A stretch of DNA of 63,969 nucleotides, filler included, from Ionaspis alba (GCA_964255285.1; 3 parts of 3 records of this genome joined end to end with filler, not necessarily neighbours in it), one strand, 5' to 3'. Positions 38,200 to 50,424 are shown, numbered from the whole stretch's first letter. Notes: a model not told the origin generated them from the sequence alone. Program-made: numbers and translations.

Positions 38200-40016
38200 A
38201 TGTTCCGGAAAGGGGAATCGATTGCGTGGCTCATTGGCCGTGTATAACATGTGAAAAAGTATTCCTGAACATACTTGCATGCAGCGGTGTTGATTGTTGG
38301 GCACTTTTGGATGGCAAGGGGATTGATACCATGGTCTGGGTCTGAGGACTCTTTGGATTGTACAGAAAATGCAGGCATTTTTGGGGACTTGTCCTGGTGG
38401 CGCATTCAAAAGTTTTGTCCAGTGCGGCTTACCATTCCTATTGCAGTCATGTACCTGAAGATAGGGACTTTAGTCGGCAGACCAATGTAGATATTAGGAG
38501 GTACTATTCACTCTATGTATCCGTAAAGCAGTCACAGTGGTGCTCCTGATCGATGTACAATCTGCAGAGCCTTGGTGGCGGTGCCACATCATTATTCACG
38601 CAATTCCTTTGTCCTGAATGTTCAGATCCACGAAATCCATCCTGTGGACATGTGAAAGCAATCACGTGCAAGGATGAACGTGGCGTCTTAAGCGGGAAAC
38701 GATAGGGTGGTGCAGGAGATTACAGGCAGNNNNNNNNNNNNNNNNNNNNNNNNNNNNNNNNNNNNNNNNNNNNNNNNNNNNNNNNNNNNNNNNNNNNNNN
38801 NNNNNNNNNNNNNNNNNNNNNNNNNNNNNTGAACGTGGCGTCTTAAGCGGGAAACGATAGGGTGGTGCAGGAGATTACAGGCAGAACCAAGAGCGCCTCG
38901 ATGCTGCGAAAACTAAAGAGTGGATACGCATACCCGTGGATTCCCTGGCATAGCGCCGTCCGATATGAGAAGCACCAGCCATAGGTCCAGCAAGGAAAGG
39001 TTTCGAGGTACGCAGAATAGCGGATGTTTCTCCTACGGCTTTAGTACATCTACCGCCGGCCCCACTAGCAAACATGCCGACGCTTACCTCCACAGTACTA
39101 GTACGGATACTCGTGATTACTTGGCACTGAGGTGGAATTAATGGGAGCAGAGAGAGAAGAGGAAGCAAAGGTAGGCGAGCTGCAGGTCAGCCGATTACGA
39201 CCATCTCGAACAGATGCCGCAGCTCGTTGCTGATGGGACCGCACTGGAGAGGGGAGAGGGGAGATGATGGTTGATGGTGTGCTGCCAACGGTCGCATGAC
39301 CGATGATCGAGAGGAACCCAAGACCAGGCAGAACCTGGTGCATGGATATGCAAGAGACTCGTGATACGAGGAGGTGCCTTTTCCACTTGCTTGCGAGTCG
39401 ACTCCACTTTCTGGTCGGATAAAGTGGAGCAAGAAAGAATCGGTTCGAATGCTTGATAGACGATAGGCAAGTGGAATAGAAGAACGTTTCTTAGAGAGAT
39501 TGTGGATGCTGTAGCAGAATAAGTCTCAGGCTTGATCCTTCGACACCACTCCTCTCGACCACTACTGTAAACGACCTTGTATCAAAGTTGCTTGTGTTTG
39601 ATCAGCCCTTGCCCAGTCGTGCCAGTGAAATTGCCTCCCAAAGTGGCTTGGAGCAATTTCGCTCCTGATCTAGCTTCTCATTGGTCGGCGCCTCGAACAG
39701 CAATCCCAGGCGGCCCTTGCCGATATTATCCTTCCGTTCTCCTTTGAAACAAAAAACTCCCCTTCCACCTTCCTTTCAACATACTCGAGCTTGCTTCGGA
39801 ACTCCTCGAGGACTTTTCTTTCCCTTCTGCTCGTTGCTTGACCCCTTCAGTCAAACATAATTGCTACGGTATCTCAAGCCAGCACATAATAACCCTTACA
39901 ATTTTCCACTAGCTGCGGTTACAGGGGCTTTCCTTTGTTTATTGACAAGCTCCGTCCGCTTCCACGCGATATTTCTTCAACGAACAGACAACGAAAGTTT
40001 TCAGCAACCATTCAAA

Positions 40017-42333
40017 ATGTCCGAGGTCCCTGTCAAGGAAACTCCTGTAGCTGATCCTGCTGCTATTGCTCCTACCACTATGGCGACCGAGGCATCATCC
40101 GACCCTATCCGACCAACTGGAACAGACGCTCTTGTTCCCGATAGTCGTCCAGAGGTCACTGATGTTACTCCAGCGACCGGAGCTGCTGCAGGAACTGCAG
40201 CACCAGCGGAAGAGAAGGTCGGCGAGGATGCTGTCAAGATCGAAGCTCAGCCCATTGCAGAAGGTGTTTTGGGCTACAAAGCACCAGGTCTGATCAAGTG
40301 AGTTACTACACATCCACGATAACGGTACAACATTGGTATTTTGCATTTCTAACACGTTGGACAGGAGCCTTCGCTTCTCGAAGAAGTTCTTCTGGTTCGG
40401 TGATGAAGCTCTTGATGAGAAAGCCCTATCAACCTATGTCCGGGAAGAAAAGCCTGCAATTGCACACCACAATGCAGCCCACGCATCCCAGACGGGCAAA
40501 GGTCTTCTCTTCTTTGCCAAGCGTATTGAAGACAAGTCCCAACCTGCTGGTGTTCTCAATTTGGTGAGTCTCCTCCCAACCAACACATTTGACGGCCTTA
40601 AGCTGATAACATTCGTCCACTCCAGGGCGATGCTTCCGATGTCACGAAGGAAGAGCTCAACGACTTTTCATTTAAGCTCAATGGTCACAAACATACTTTC
40701 CAGGCTTCATCAAGAGCAGAGCGTGACAGCTGGCTCGTGGCGGTCGAGACCAAGGTTACTGAGGCCAAAGCTGCTCGTGAAGGCATTGTTAATAGTGAGG
40801 GCTACAAGAATCACATGAGCAAGCTCGGTAAGCATTATTCCCGTGTATTCCGTTGGATCCGATGCAGCTAACATCTCAAATCAAGCTGGACCTGTGGTTA
40901 CCGGTCTTACTCCCGTAGCGGCTGCCAAGTCTACCTCTACGCCACCCAAGACGGAAGAGCCTGTCAGCAAGACAAGCAACGATAAGGAAGTCCCAGCAGC
41001 TGCCGCTGCTACGACTGCGGCAACAGAGACAACTCCTAAGGTTTCGGACAAGAGCCGATCTCAATCTCGTAAGCGAGGGAGCATTTTTGGCAAGGTATTG
41101 GGTAAGAAGGAAGAGCATGATGACAAGAAGGAAGTGAAGAAAGAGGAGAAGGCCGAAGCCAAGGAAATCAAGAAAGAGGAGAAGGCTGAGGAAAAGGCTG
41201 AGAAGGCAGAGATCAAGGAGGCTAAGAAGGAGGCCAAGCACGACCACACCGGAACTGCTGAGCCAGCACCTCTTGATGCTACTGCCGTTGGTGAGGATAT
41301 TACAGATTGTTGACATTGGGGAATGGCTAACAAATAGTGTAGCTGCTCGTGTTGTGGGTGAACCCGTCGTACCCGCAGAAGGCGCAACTACTGCTGCTAC
41401 TACCGAGACTACCGCAGTACCAACCGAGGCAGAGCGGCCCGGCCCATCAGCAACCAAGACCAAGCGTGGTTCGGTCTTTGGCAATCTCTTCAACAAGAAA
41501 GATAATGCTAGCCCTACCCGTGAGCGCAAGGAGAAGGACGTTGCTCCAGCTGTCCCAGCTAAGGACGCTGAGCCAACAACTGCTGCCACTGAGGCAGCTG
41601 CAACGGAGACTACTCCGGCATCTGCCGAGGCCCCAGCTGCTGGTACCTCGTCGCTTGAGACGGCATCTCCTACGACTCATTCCAAAGCTACCATGCCTTA
41701 CGAATCGAAGGGTGGACTTTTCGGCTTTATCAAGCAGAAGGATACACAGCATGAGGTAATTCGTGAAATTGCCTATGTACAATTCCGTTGACTAACCTTA
41801 CTCATTAGGCAAAGAAGGACGTCAAAGCAGAAGAGAAGACCGAAACACCCGCCACTGCCCCTGTTACCGGCGCCACCGGTACGCCCACCGCCCCGGGCAC
41901 CGACACCGCTCCCGTCGCTCCCTCAACTTCCACAACCGTAACGGCCACCACCCCCGAGCCCGTCACAAAAGACAAGCGCCGCCAAAGCTTCTTCGGCACC
42001 GGCTTCGGCACCCTCTCCAGCAAAAAAGAGAAGAAATCCGAAACCCACTCCGAAGGCGAGGGCACCGAAGGTGAAGCCCGCAAATCGTCTGGAGGTCTCG
42101 GAGGTCTGTTCCGCAAGGCCAGTCGCTCCGTCAAGGGGTCCAGTGGGCCTGTCACGGACTCGAGTGCCCCCCCTGCGCCGATCAGCAAGGATGCTCCTGC
42201 GCCGACGACAGCTGCGGCTGGAGAGGAGAGTGCGGTGCCGAAGACGAATGGGAATGTGGAGAGTGCTGTGGAGAATCATATTGAGCCTGCGCCGAAGACT
42301 GAGCAGCCGGCGACGGTTTCGGCCTCGGCTTAG
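40017..42333 (+). CDS. PH-domain protein with long Lys/Glu/Ala/Thr-rich tail (Meu6-like fungal family)
   Basis: AEGVLGYKAPGLIK, KKFFWFGDE, AAHASQTGKGLLFFAK, F.FKLNGHKHTFQASSRAERDSW; repeated KR.S.FG motifs; about 5 introns. Confidence 0.8.
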
Positions 42334-43006
42334 GCGGGAGGGGGAGAACGGTGGAGGCTTGGTGAGTGAGTGGTGTACGAGAGGACTGGACTGAATGGAG
42401 ATATTGGAGTGTGAGGTTCCTGTCTGTTGTCGTGGTCGAGGCTCCCGAAGTTGTCGATCGCGCGGAGCTATCGACGAAAGGAGAGAAACGAGTAAGGATA
42501 TTTTTTTGGAGGAGGGAGAGAGGGAGAGATTTTCCCCTGGGTGTTGCACATTCCACTCCGCTAGACTGATACCACCTTTTGCTGTTTTCTCCTTGTTTCG
42601 TTGGCTTCACAGTTGCATTTTTTGTTTTTTTTTGTTTTTGTTGTTTTTATTTGTCGGTACAGACGTCCATACCCCTCTGCTGCGCTACTACCACTACTAC
42701 TAGGTGGAAGTTGTTACGGAACGCCTACACACTCTTTTTTATGTCAGCGCTGGAACAGATCGTTGTTGCTGTGTTATTTTGTCTGATACCCCTGGATTTG
42801 AGGAACATTACCCGATACCCCCGTGTGAGGAGCTCTTATTGGAGTTTTGTCCGAGCACTCGGCCATTAGGGCAGATAGCAGTGATTAATAGCTAATAAAA
42901 GTCGACTTTTTCTTCTTTGATCTGAGGACATGTCGAGGATCGTGTATACGTTGATTGATGTGTTCGTGATCTTGGACAATCGTGAATCTACACATCTACC
43001 TTTACA

Positions 43007-43013
43007 TGAGTCA
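43007..43013. promoter_or_regulatory. Gcn4/CpcA response element (TGAGTCA), distal
   Basis: Exact heptamer upstream of cpcA. Confidence 0.4.
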
Positions 43014-44166
43014 ACTTGAGTCTCTGGCACCTATCAGAGCATTCTGTCTAATTGTCCATTGTGACGTGAAGGAGTCCAATTGAGACCATCGTTGCTGAAG
43101 AAGCAGTCGTCAGTGGTGGTGGACGGACGCTCCGATATGCTGCACGTTGATGCAATGGCCAGGTCAGCGGAGCCATTGGCCAGGAACTCGGGATGGTGGG
43201 CATTTGGCCATTTTACGGAAGACGGAAGACTTGTCCTTGCAGGGCTGCTGCAGGAGCAGTTCCCGCCCTACGGGCAAGCGTTGAGTCATTGCCCTAATTA
43301 GGCCATAGGATCTAACTGGTGCCGGCTGGTTGTTGGGGGACCTGGTCGGAATGGAGAGGACTTTGGTCTTATTATTTGTGAAGCATCGCAAGACATGTGC
43401 GCGCCTGTGAGCATGGCTGTATGATCACTCATCACCGCAACAAATCTGACTGGCAGCAATTGATCGACAAACAGCCGTCCCATCTTCGTCGCTTCTATTA
43501 TGCATACAATAATGTGCTGTTTCTTTCGAAAAGTACGAGGTACAATCTTCAGAAAGGGCGGTCAGCAATCTTCCCCAAGCCCCTCCGCCGTCCCAATTGA
43601 CCGGCGCAACCCACACGATGCAGGTGTAGCAGGCTAAGCCACGCCCACATGCAGCCAAGAACGGTTGAGGAGGGGCGGAATAGGCTCTCGATTATTATTA
43701 ATCCACATAACGCTTTTCCTGCTCCATAACAACGCAAATAATAATCCATTGCGCTTCAGCTGACGCTCGTTCGCCTGGGATCAGACGAGCGAAGATACCC
43801 GCGGGTGACCGAATTGACGGTCGGTTTTTCCCCTTATCGCTTGACTTGTTTGCAGAAGGATGAGATGGGGAATCCACGCAATTCCTGTTAGGCGCTGGGT
43901 GCGGACGTCAGCCTTCTACGTATCTTCCAGTCCTTTGGTACGTCTAGATAATTTGGACTCGTGTCTGTCGACAATGTCAATGGACGAGTGAGAGACTTTC
44001 GAAGGCATGAACACGACTAGCTTCGGTAATTGCTATCGTTGGTGCCGCCGTCAGCTGTCCCAGGGTTTTCGAAGTCGCAGTCGAAGTCGCGGTCGCAGTC
44101 GCTCCGTTCACTGGGATCATGTGTGCCGGCTAGCGAGAATGAGTGCTCCCCATTGGCTGATTTGAT

Positions 44167-44174
44167 ATGACTCA
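44167..44174. promoter_or_regulatory. Gcn4/CpcA response element (ATGACTCA), proximal
   Basis: Exact match about 440 nt upstream of uORF1. Confidence 0.55.
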
Positions 44175-44610
44175 CAAAAGAATGCTAAGCCCGATTAGAT
44201 TCCCGGTGAGATTGGTAAAGTACGTGAAACCAATATCAGCCTCCGCAGAAAGACAAGGTTATATTACAGAAAGCAGGGCTTAGCCTACGCTATCTATGCT
44301 TGATCTTGACATCTTCGCAAGTGGTCGAGGTGATTGGAGGCGGAGTCGGTACGGTAAGCCCAGACATACCCCGTAATTCCTGGAGATCGCGTCCTTAGCT
44401 CGTATGTAAGCAAAACCACTAGTCAGCAGAACCACAATTCCTTAAAGTACTGCCTGATGCCTGATCTCCCCTCTCTTAATTCTCCTTCCTTTTTACCTTC
44501 ACTCCACTTTCTCCACATCTACAACAACAAACACATAATAAATATCAGATCTTCTTTCATCTGAGAAACACTTCAAACCATCACATAGACTAGACGACTG
44601 CCATTGAGAT

Positions 44611-44625
44611 ATGGCAGCCTTCTGA
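44611..44625 (+). promoter_or_regulatory. cpcA uORF1 (MAAF*)
   Basis: ATG GCA GCC TTC TGA; first ATG after the pyrimidine-rich, CA-rich presumed transcription start region. Confidence 0.85.
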
Positions 44626-44849
44626 GTCTTGCCCACTTCAAAGACCCCCAAGTCTCTTCGTCCAAACGACAAGATACTTCCCCCAAGCTTCACGCTTACC
44701 AACCCCACTCAACCCACTTCACCCCAGACCTCAGAGATTCCCTCGGGACCTCTGAATCAACCCTCTACTTCAAGTAGTTTCGGTTCTCGCTTCACAGCAA
44801 CCATTCCACTACACGACTTCACGTCGTTCAACACGGATCATCAGCAGAC

Positions 44850-45017
44850 ATGGCATACCCAACCCCCATCCACGAGTCCCAGGACACCTACGACTTCACC
44901 GCACAACTTCGATCGTACCCCGCAGGCAGACTTTGTTCTGTTCCCGACGTCAACGGCCACACGTCCAGCTCGACGACAAACCGAGCTTGCGCCGGCGACG
45001 TCCAGTACAGCCCTTAA
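44850..45017 (+). promoter_or_regulatory. cpcA uORF2 (55 codons, MAYPTPIH...VQYSP*)
   Basis: Only other ATG between uORF1 and the main ATG; out of frame with the CDS. Confidence 0.85.
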
Positions 45018-45405
45018 CCATCCCCTCCTTGGATCGGCCCATCAACACCAGGGTCGCAATCAATCATTTCCTCGACGTAACTCCACTCATCAATCCACCA
45101 ATTCTGCGTCTCCGCTTCAGAATCCTCGAGTGAGATACTCCATCCAAGGCACCACCGGGCTTAACAGCACCGCTTCGTCTACCTCTCCACGGTTTAGTCC
45201 CACCGGTCTTCAACAACAGCAACAGCAAAAGCAGCAGAATCAGCACCAGCAAAGTATCAATAGCAACAGCAGCAACAACATTTTCTACGCATCATCTGCG
45301 CCTTCCTCGTCCACTGCTCTTCAACACCAACACTCTCGTCCCCCCGTTCCCCTATTCACGAGCAACAGCACCGGCGATCTGCAGAGCCGCGTGCCTCGGA
45401 ACACC

Positions 45406-46248
45406 ATGGCGTCCATGAATTCACCAGATGGTACTGACTCACCCCCAAATAGTCCTAGCGCATATAAGCAGCTAACACCGATCTCCCCAGACCTGGCTCA
45501 CAATTTCTTCGATTTTACCTCCGATAACTTCGTCGAGACCGACCACTCAACTTCTGACTTCTCCGCGCCAAACTTCCACGACGACAACACTTCCGACCAC
45601 ACGCTCGACTTCGCCTCTCCCATGTTCGCACCCATCAACGACGTTCCCGTCGCACCCACCACCGTCTCTCCCAAAGACCTCCTCGTAGACAGCATGTCCG
45701 CTCCACCCTCCTCCGCCATGACCAACCTCTCCACGCCAGGCACAAACTATTACATGTCGCCGCACATGGTCAACAGCACCGATCCATCGCCCATGTTCGA
45801 AGACGACCATCTCGAGCCCGGTGAAGAATGGTCCAACCTCTTCCAAATCGAGCCCGACACCGATCCCAAACCCGCCTCCGCTTTCGCCGCCACCGACAAC
45901 AACAACACCATGACCATCCACCCAAGCATCGAAGTCATGGCCCCTCCCCAAATGTCCCGCAACCAGTCTTCTCCCGGCCAGTCCTCAACCGGCACCCCGC
46001 ACCACCGCCACTCTTCCATCGCGGGGGTGGGCCGCAAACGCAGGGATAAGCCGCTGCCTGAGATCAATATCCCCGATCAGAATGATATTGTGGCTCTCAA
46101 GCGGGCGAGAAATACGGCTGCGGCGAGGAAGTCGAGGGCTAAGAAGGTGGCGAATATGGAGGAGATGGCGGTGAGGATTCAGGATCTGGAGAGGGAGAGG
46201 GATGAGTGGAAGGCTTTGGCGTTGCAGAGGAATGGTGGTGGGATGTGA
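45406..46248 (+). CDS. cpcA: Cross-pathway control bZIP activator (Gcn4/CpcA/CPC-1)
   Basis: TVSPKDL, SAPPS..MTNLSTP, SPMF..W..LF activation motifs; RDKPLPEI..D.VALKRARNTAAARKSRAKK bZIP; probable intron 45431-45490. Confidence 0.95.
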   Translation: MASMNSPDGTDSPPNSPSAYKQLTPISPDLAHNFFDFTSDNFVETDHSTSDFSAPNFHDDNTSDHTLDFASPMFAPINDVPVAPTTVSPKDLLVDSMSAPPSSAMTNLSTPGTNYYMSPHMVNSTDPSPMFEDDHLEPGEEWSNLFQIEPDTDPKPASAFAATDNNNTMTIHPSIEVMAPPQMSRNQSSPGQSSTGTPHHRHSSIAGVGRKRRDKPLPEINIPDQNDIVALKRARNTAAARKSRAKKVANMEEMAVRIQDLERERDEWKALALQRNGGGM

Positions 46249-46279
46249 ATTCTTCTTGGGTGATGGTGGTGTCGTGAGG

Positions 46280-46760
46280 AGAGAGGGGTGTTGAGAAGTT
46301 GGGGTGGTTGTGACTTGTTCGTTATACTGCTATTGCTGCTGATATTGCTGGTGGTGTTGTTGTTGGACGTCCTGATTGTGTGTGTATGGGGGTTGGGTCC
46401 TTGTGACTCGGACCTGCAATGGGAGATTGGTGGTCGGAGATTTTTCTTTCGCTCTGGGAGTGAGGATGTCGATGGCTGCTGGTCGAGGAAAGCTAGGGGA
46501 AAAGTGCTTGTCCTGTCATTTTCTTTCTTTCTTTCTTGCTTATGCGATCTTTCCTTTCTTTTGTCTCGCGTGCTTAGCCTACTCTCTTTTTCTTATGATG
46601 ATGATGACGATAGCGATAGCGATAGTTGGTGCAGGAGTGGGGACTTTCGTGTTGGCAGCAGCGCTGGATTGTGTTCGTGGCTGGTATGGTCAGGGACTTT
46701 GATGGTGTTGGTGTTGAGCGGAATATCGTTGTCGTTCGTTTCAGAGTGGTGGTGGTGATG
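46280..46760. repeat. GT/T-rich low-complexity 3' region of cpcA with short microsatellites (GAT, GATAGC)
   Basis: (GATAGC)x2-3 near 46609, GAT and GTT/GCT runs. Confidence 0.5.
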
Positions 46761-47880
46761 ACCAGGTTGGCCGGTTCTGATTGTCCCTTCTTGTAGAAAG
46801 GAGGTTGACTCGTGGCTCTGGAAGGAGGAGAGGAAGAAGGAGAATTGGGGGGAAGATGGTTTTATGATTGTTATGGCTTGCGAGATTATGGCTTCTTTTT
46901 TTTTCCCCTGCCTGATTTAGTGGTTAGCTTGCTTGCTATGAATTTGAATTCTCTCATTGAACTTCGCTTCCCCAAAAATGGATCGAGAATGAATGTAATG
47001 GTGTCGTGATGTGGTTATATTATGTGATTGATGCTATGACTGACCGATGGGGTGTGCAATAATAATGACGCCGGTAGTAGCCTGCAGTGGCTGAGAAGAA
47101 GGGGGGTTGAGCTCATTCACAGTGCTATAATCTTCCTCCCTACTAATGCCGATTTCCTGCACAAAGAAAAGCCTACTTGGTCGTCTCATGTTCTGTTCTG
47201 CCAATTGAATGCCTGTAACAATGACTGCTATCATTACATGGTTGCTTCATGGACCTTGTTCATGCCGGAACTTCAGCCATGGTAGCCATGCTTTCCGATA
47301 TTGGGTGTACATGCCGAACCCTGACGTCAATTGTAGAGGATATATTATCGTATGCACTGCGGCTCATAATGCGCAGTACCCTTTTCTTTTCATTGGATTC
47401 CTGATATCTTTGTTCCCTCTTCTTTTCCTTTTCTATTCTGTTAATCCTCGCTCCATACGTCCAACTTAACGACTATTCTTTCGCATCTTCACTTCGACAT
47501 GAAAGAACGCCCAACATATCCTGATAGCGTTTGATGAGACTCCGAATGCAGCTTACAGATACAATTTACAGTGATGAGGATACGAGCCGACAAAAGGAAG
47601 AAGCAAAGAACAGCAAGGGAAGCCGTAGCTTCCCCAGAATGAAGTCATATGAACAATGAAAGCAATGACGGCCTACCGCTCGCAGGTGACCAAGAGGACA
47701 AATTATCTATCTACTCAGTGAGCTTCCACAGTGCATGAATTGCTTGTTCCCTGACATATGTACAGTCCTACCCCATCACCCCAAATGCAAAATGCTTCAT
47801 CTTGACCTTCCCAACGCCTCATTCCGTCGCCCCTTTCTGATCCTACACCCAAACACCATCCCAAAGCCCCCTTCACCATC

Positions 47881-47980
47881 NNNNNNNNNNNNNNNNNNNN
47901 NNNNNNNNNNNNNNNNNNNNNNNNTTAATTAATTAANNNNNNNNNNNNNNNNNNNNNNNNNNNNNNNNNNNNNNNNNNNN
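47881..47980. other. Artificial contig-joining spacer (N-TTAATTAATTAA-N)
   Basis: Same linker as at 23891. Confidence 0.97.
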
Positions 47981-49079
47981 CCTCAGAGGACTCTGGCTCC
48001 GACTCCCCTTCCTACTTCACCTCCGCCGCGCCGACTTCTCACACTCCTTCCCGCTCTCCCCGCCGCGGCCGCCGGGCCCACCAAAGCCACAGCTACCATC
48101 TCTCCCGCACGCCTTCCCCACCTTCCCGACCCCGATCATCACACATCCCTTCCTCCTCTCAATCCCACCACCTTCCCTCCACCACATCTCTCACATCCGT
48201 CCTCTCCCACCTCTGGACAACCGAAGGCGCTTGGGGTCTCTACAAAGGCACAAATAGCACCTTCATCCACACTGTACTCCTCACAACCAGCACCTCCTTC
48301 ATCCGGTCCCTCCTTTGCGCCTTACTCGCGCTCCCAGATCCTGGCCTCACTCCCTCTCCGCTCCCAACCGCAACCGGTGGTCTCGACATCCTCTCCTCGC
48401 CTTCGCCTCTAGCTAGCCTGCTAGCTGCTGTTGGCGCTGCGGGGATAGCGGGCGTGTTGCTCGCGCCTATCGATATCGCGAGGACGAAATTACTGCTTAC
48501 GCCGTCGACTCATCCGCCTAGGTCGCTGGTGAAGGGCGTGCAGGCGCTGGGGAGCTGGGTGTTACCGCTTTCGATAGCGCCTGTTACGTTTTTGCATTCT
48601 ACTCTTCCGACGTTGATTTCAGCCGCTACCCCTCTTTTCTTGCGGTCGAGGCTAGGCATCGATGCTGTGCTCACGCCAACTACATACACTGTTGCTACGT
48701 TTATATCGCAAGTCGTCGAACTCGGTATTCGATTACCGATCGAGACTGTCCTGAGGCGTGGACAGATGGCTGTGGTTACTGGCTCAGCTTCCCGCTCGTC
48801 GAAGTCTACGGCTTCGACTTCCTGGTCTCAGCTGCGTACGGTTGTTGAGGTAGGTCCTTACAAAGGACTCGTTGGAACCATGTATCATATTGTATTCGAA
48901 GAAGGCACGCGCAGCGAGTCCACGTCAGCCAATGAGCTCGTACGAGCTACTGGTGGCGCTCCGGCGGTCAAGGGTGTGGGGCCAAAGAGTGGAAAGAAAA
49001 TGAAAGGGCAAGGCCTACAAGGACTTTGGAGAGGGTGGAGGGTTGGGATGTGGGGTCTTGTTGGAGTTTGGGGAGCAGC
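47981..49079 (+). CDS. UGO1: Mitochondrial fusion protein Ugo1 (partial at both ends)
   Basis: PSYFTS, EGAWGLYKGTNSTFI, LLAPIDIARTKLLLTP, LPIETVLRRGQ, VGPYKGLVGTM, GQGLQGLWRGWRVGMWGLVGVW. Confidence 0.88.
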
Positions 49080-49179
49080 NNNNNNNNNNNNNNNNNNNNN
49101 NNNNNNNNNNNNNNNNNNNNNNNNNNNNNNNNNNNNNNNNNNNNNNNNNNNNNNNNNNNNNNNNNNNNNNNNNNNNNNN

Positions 49180-50079
49180 CTGAAAGGAGTCCACTTCTTC
49201 TTAGGCTTAACATAGTCAGTTTCGTGCGGCTCTAGACGGACGTCGACTTCTTCATGAGGCTGCACATTCATGATGGAGAGAGGTGCACGGCCCGATTTGA
49301 TCAACCTTAAGATCTCAGCATTTTCGGGATTGTCAGCGCGATAGAGTTCTCCGTCGTCCACTGAGAAGCCGTCTTTCCAGAAATGAAGCACTCGATGTGC
49401 CATTTCTTTCGGCTTAGGTCGATTTGCATTCGGGTCTTCTATGACCTGGCTGGGTGTGTCATCACCACCAAGTGTTCGCGCAGTACCTGTGAAGCGGGAC
49501 GGAGGCGCTGAAGGCCCATCTCGAGGCGGTGGTGCACCAGCTCTGTTTCAAGATCAGCGATGTACAGGGGAGAAAGTCTAGTTCGTAGAAGGCTACCTCT
49601 TAGCTTTCTGCAAAATCTTCCGCTTCAAGTCATCGGGGTTCTGCACAGCCAAGCCGGACTTCTCGCCTCCAGCAAACAAGTCTTGGTCTTCATCATCACT
49701 TTCATCATCACTGGGACCATTGCCCGCATGCCCAGCGCTTCCACCTCCAAGATCGCCTAACGTGGCGAACTTCTTTTGTGGAGCCTTCTTTGTCGAAGAA
49801 GGTGGTGGAGGAATACTTGAAGTGGTAGGAATGGGCTGAGGAGCTTGAGAAGGCTCGTCTTCTCCTTGTTCATCTAGGGAAGCAAAATAATCTGCACTAG
49901 CGCTATTTGGGTCCCAGTCGTGAGAAGTGAGCAAGGCTCGAGCCTAGCGGTATATCAGCCTAAAGTTATACCTTCATAATCTAAAGTAATAGACCAGAAC
50001 TCACCTCGTCCGGGGGAAGACCGGTCAGACCAGAGAAGGCTTCGACGAGCTGATCGTGACTGAACGGACCTGCCGACAT
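49180..50079 (-). CDS. SHP1: p47/Shp1 (Ubx1) Cdc48 cofactor: UBA-like and SEP domains; UBX domain lost in gap
   Basis: QDLFAGGEKSGLAVQNP, FTGTARTLGGDD, LHFWKDGFSVDDG.LY..D.PEN, GRAPLSIMNV. Confidence 0.92.
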
Positions 50080-50424
50080 AGTGAATGGTTCGGTGAACGG
50101 GCCCAAGGTAGAGCTAAAATTTCAAAGAGAGTCCGCCGGAGACGTTGGGGAGGGTACGATAGTCGTGTGTAAGCTGTGATTCGATATTCTTAAAGGCTAC
50201 AGAGGTGATGAAGCTACCGAAGCTCGAAGCAAACAGAGCAAACCCTTGAGCTAACGTCATTCGCAGGGATCTATTAGAGCTCCCGGCTCGGCTCAACTTG
50301 CTCCGCTTCGCATGCCCTCACACTCTCTATGGTTTAGGCAATTGAGCCATGAATAGGACGGCCTCAGCGATATAGTCTACGGTCCTGGACTTTTTCTGTC
50401 TGTCATTTCCTCTCCGTCGTCGCC

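Noticed and set aside
40876..42610. Long antisense ORFs over the PH-domain gene (also 60434-61303, 62617-63425, 17512-18147)
   Set aside because: Shadow ORFs expected opposite GC3-rich or low-complexity coding sequence; no motifs.
46288..46758. Hydrophobic 156-aa ORF after cpcA
   Set aside because: GTG start, low-complexity GT-rich sequence typical of a 3' UTR.
48885..49403. Overlapping antisense UGO1/SHP1 ORFs and X-containing fusion ORFs
   Set aside because: Created by reading through the N gap.
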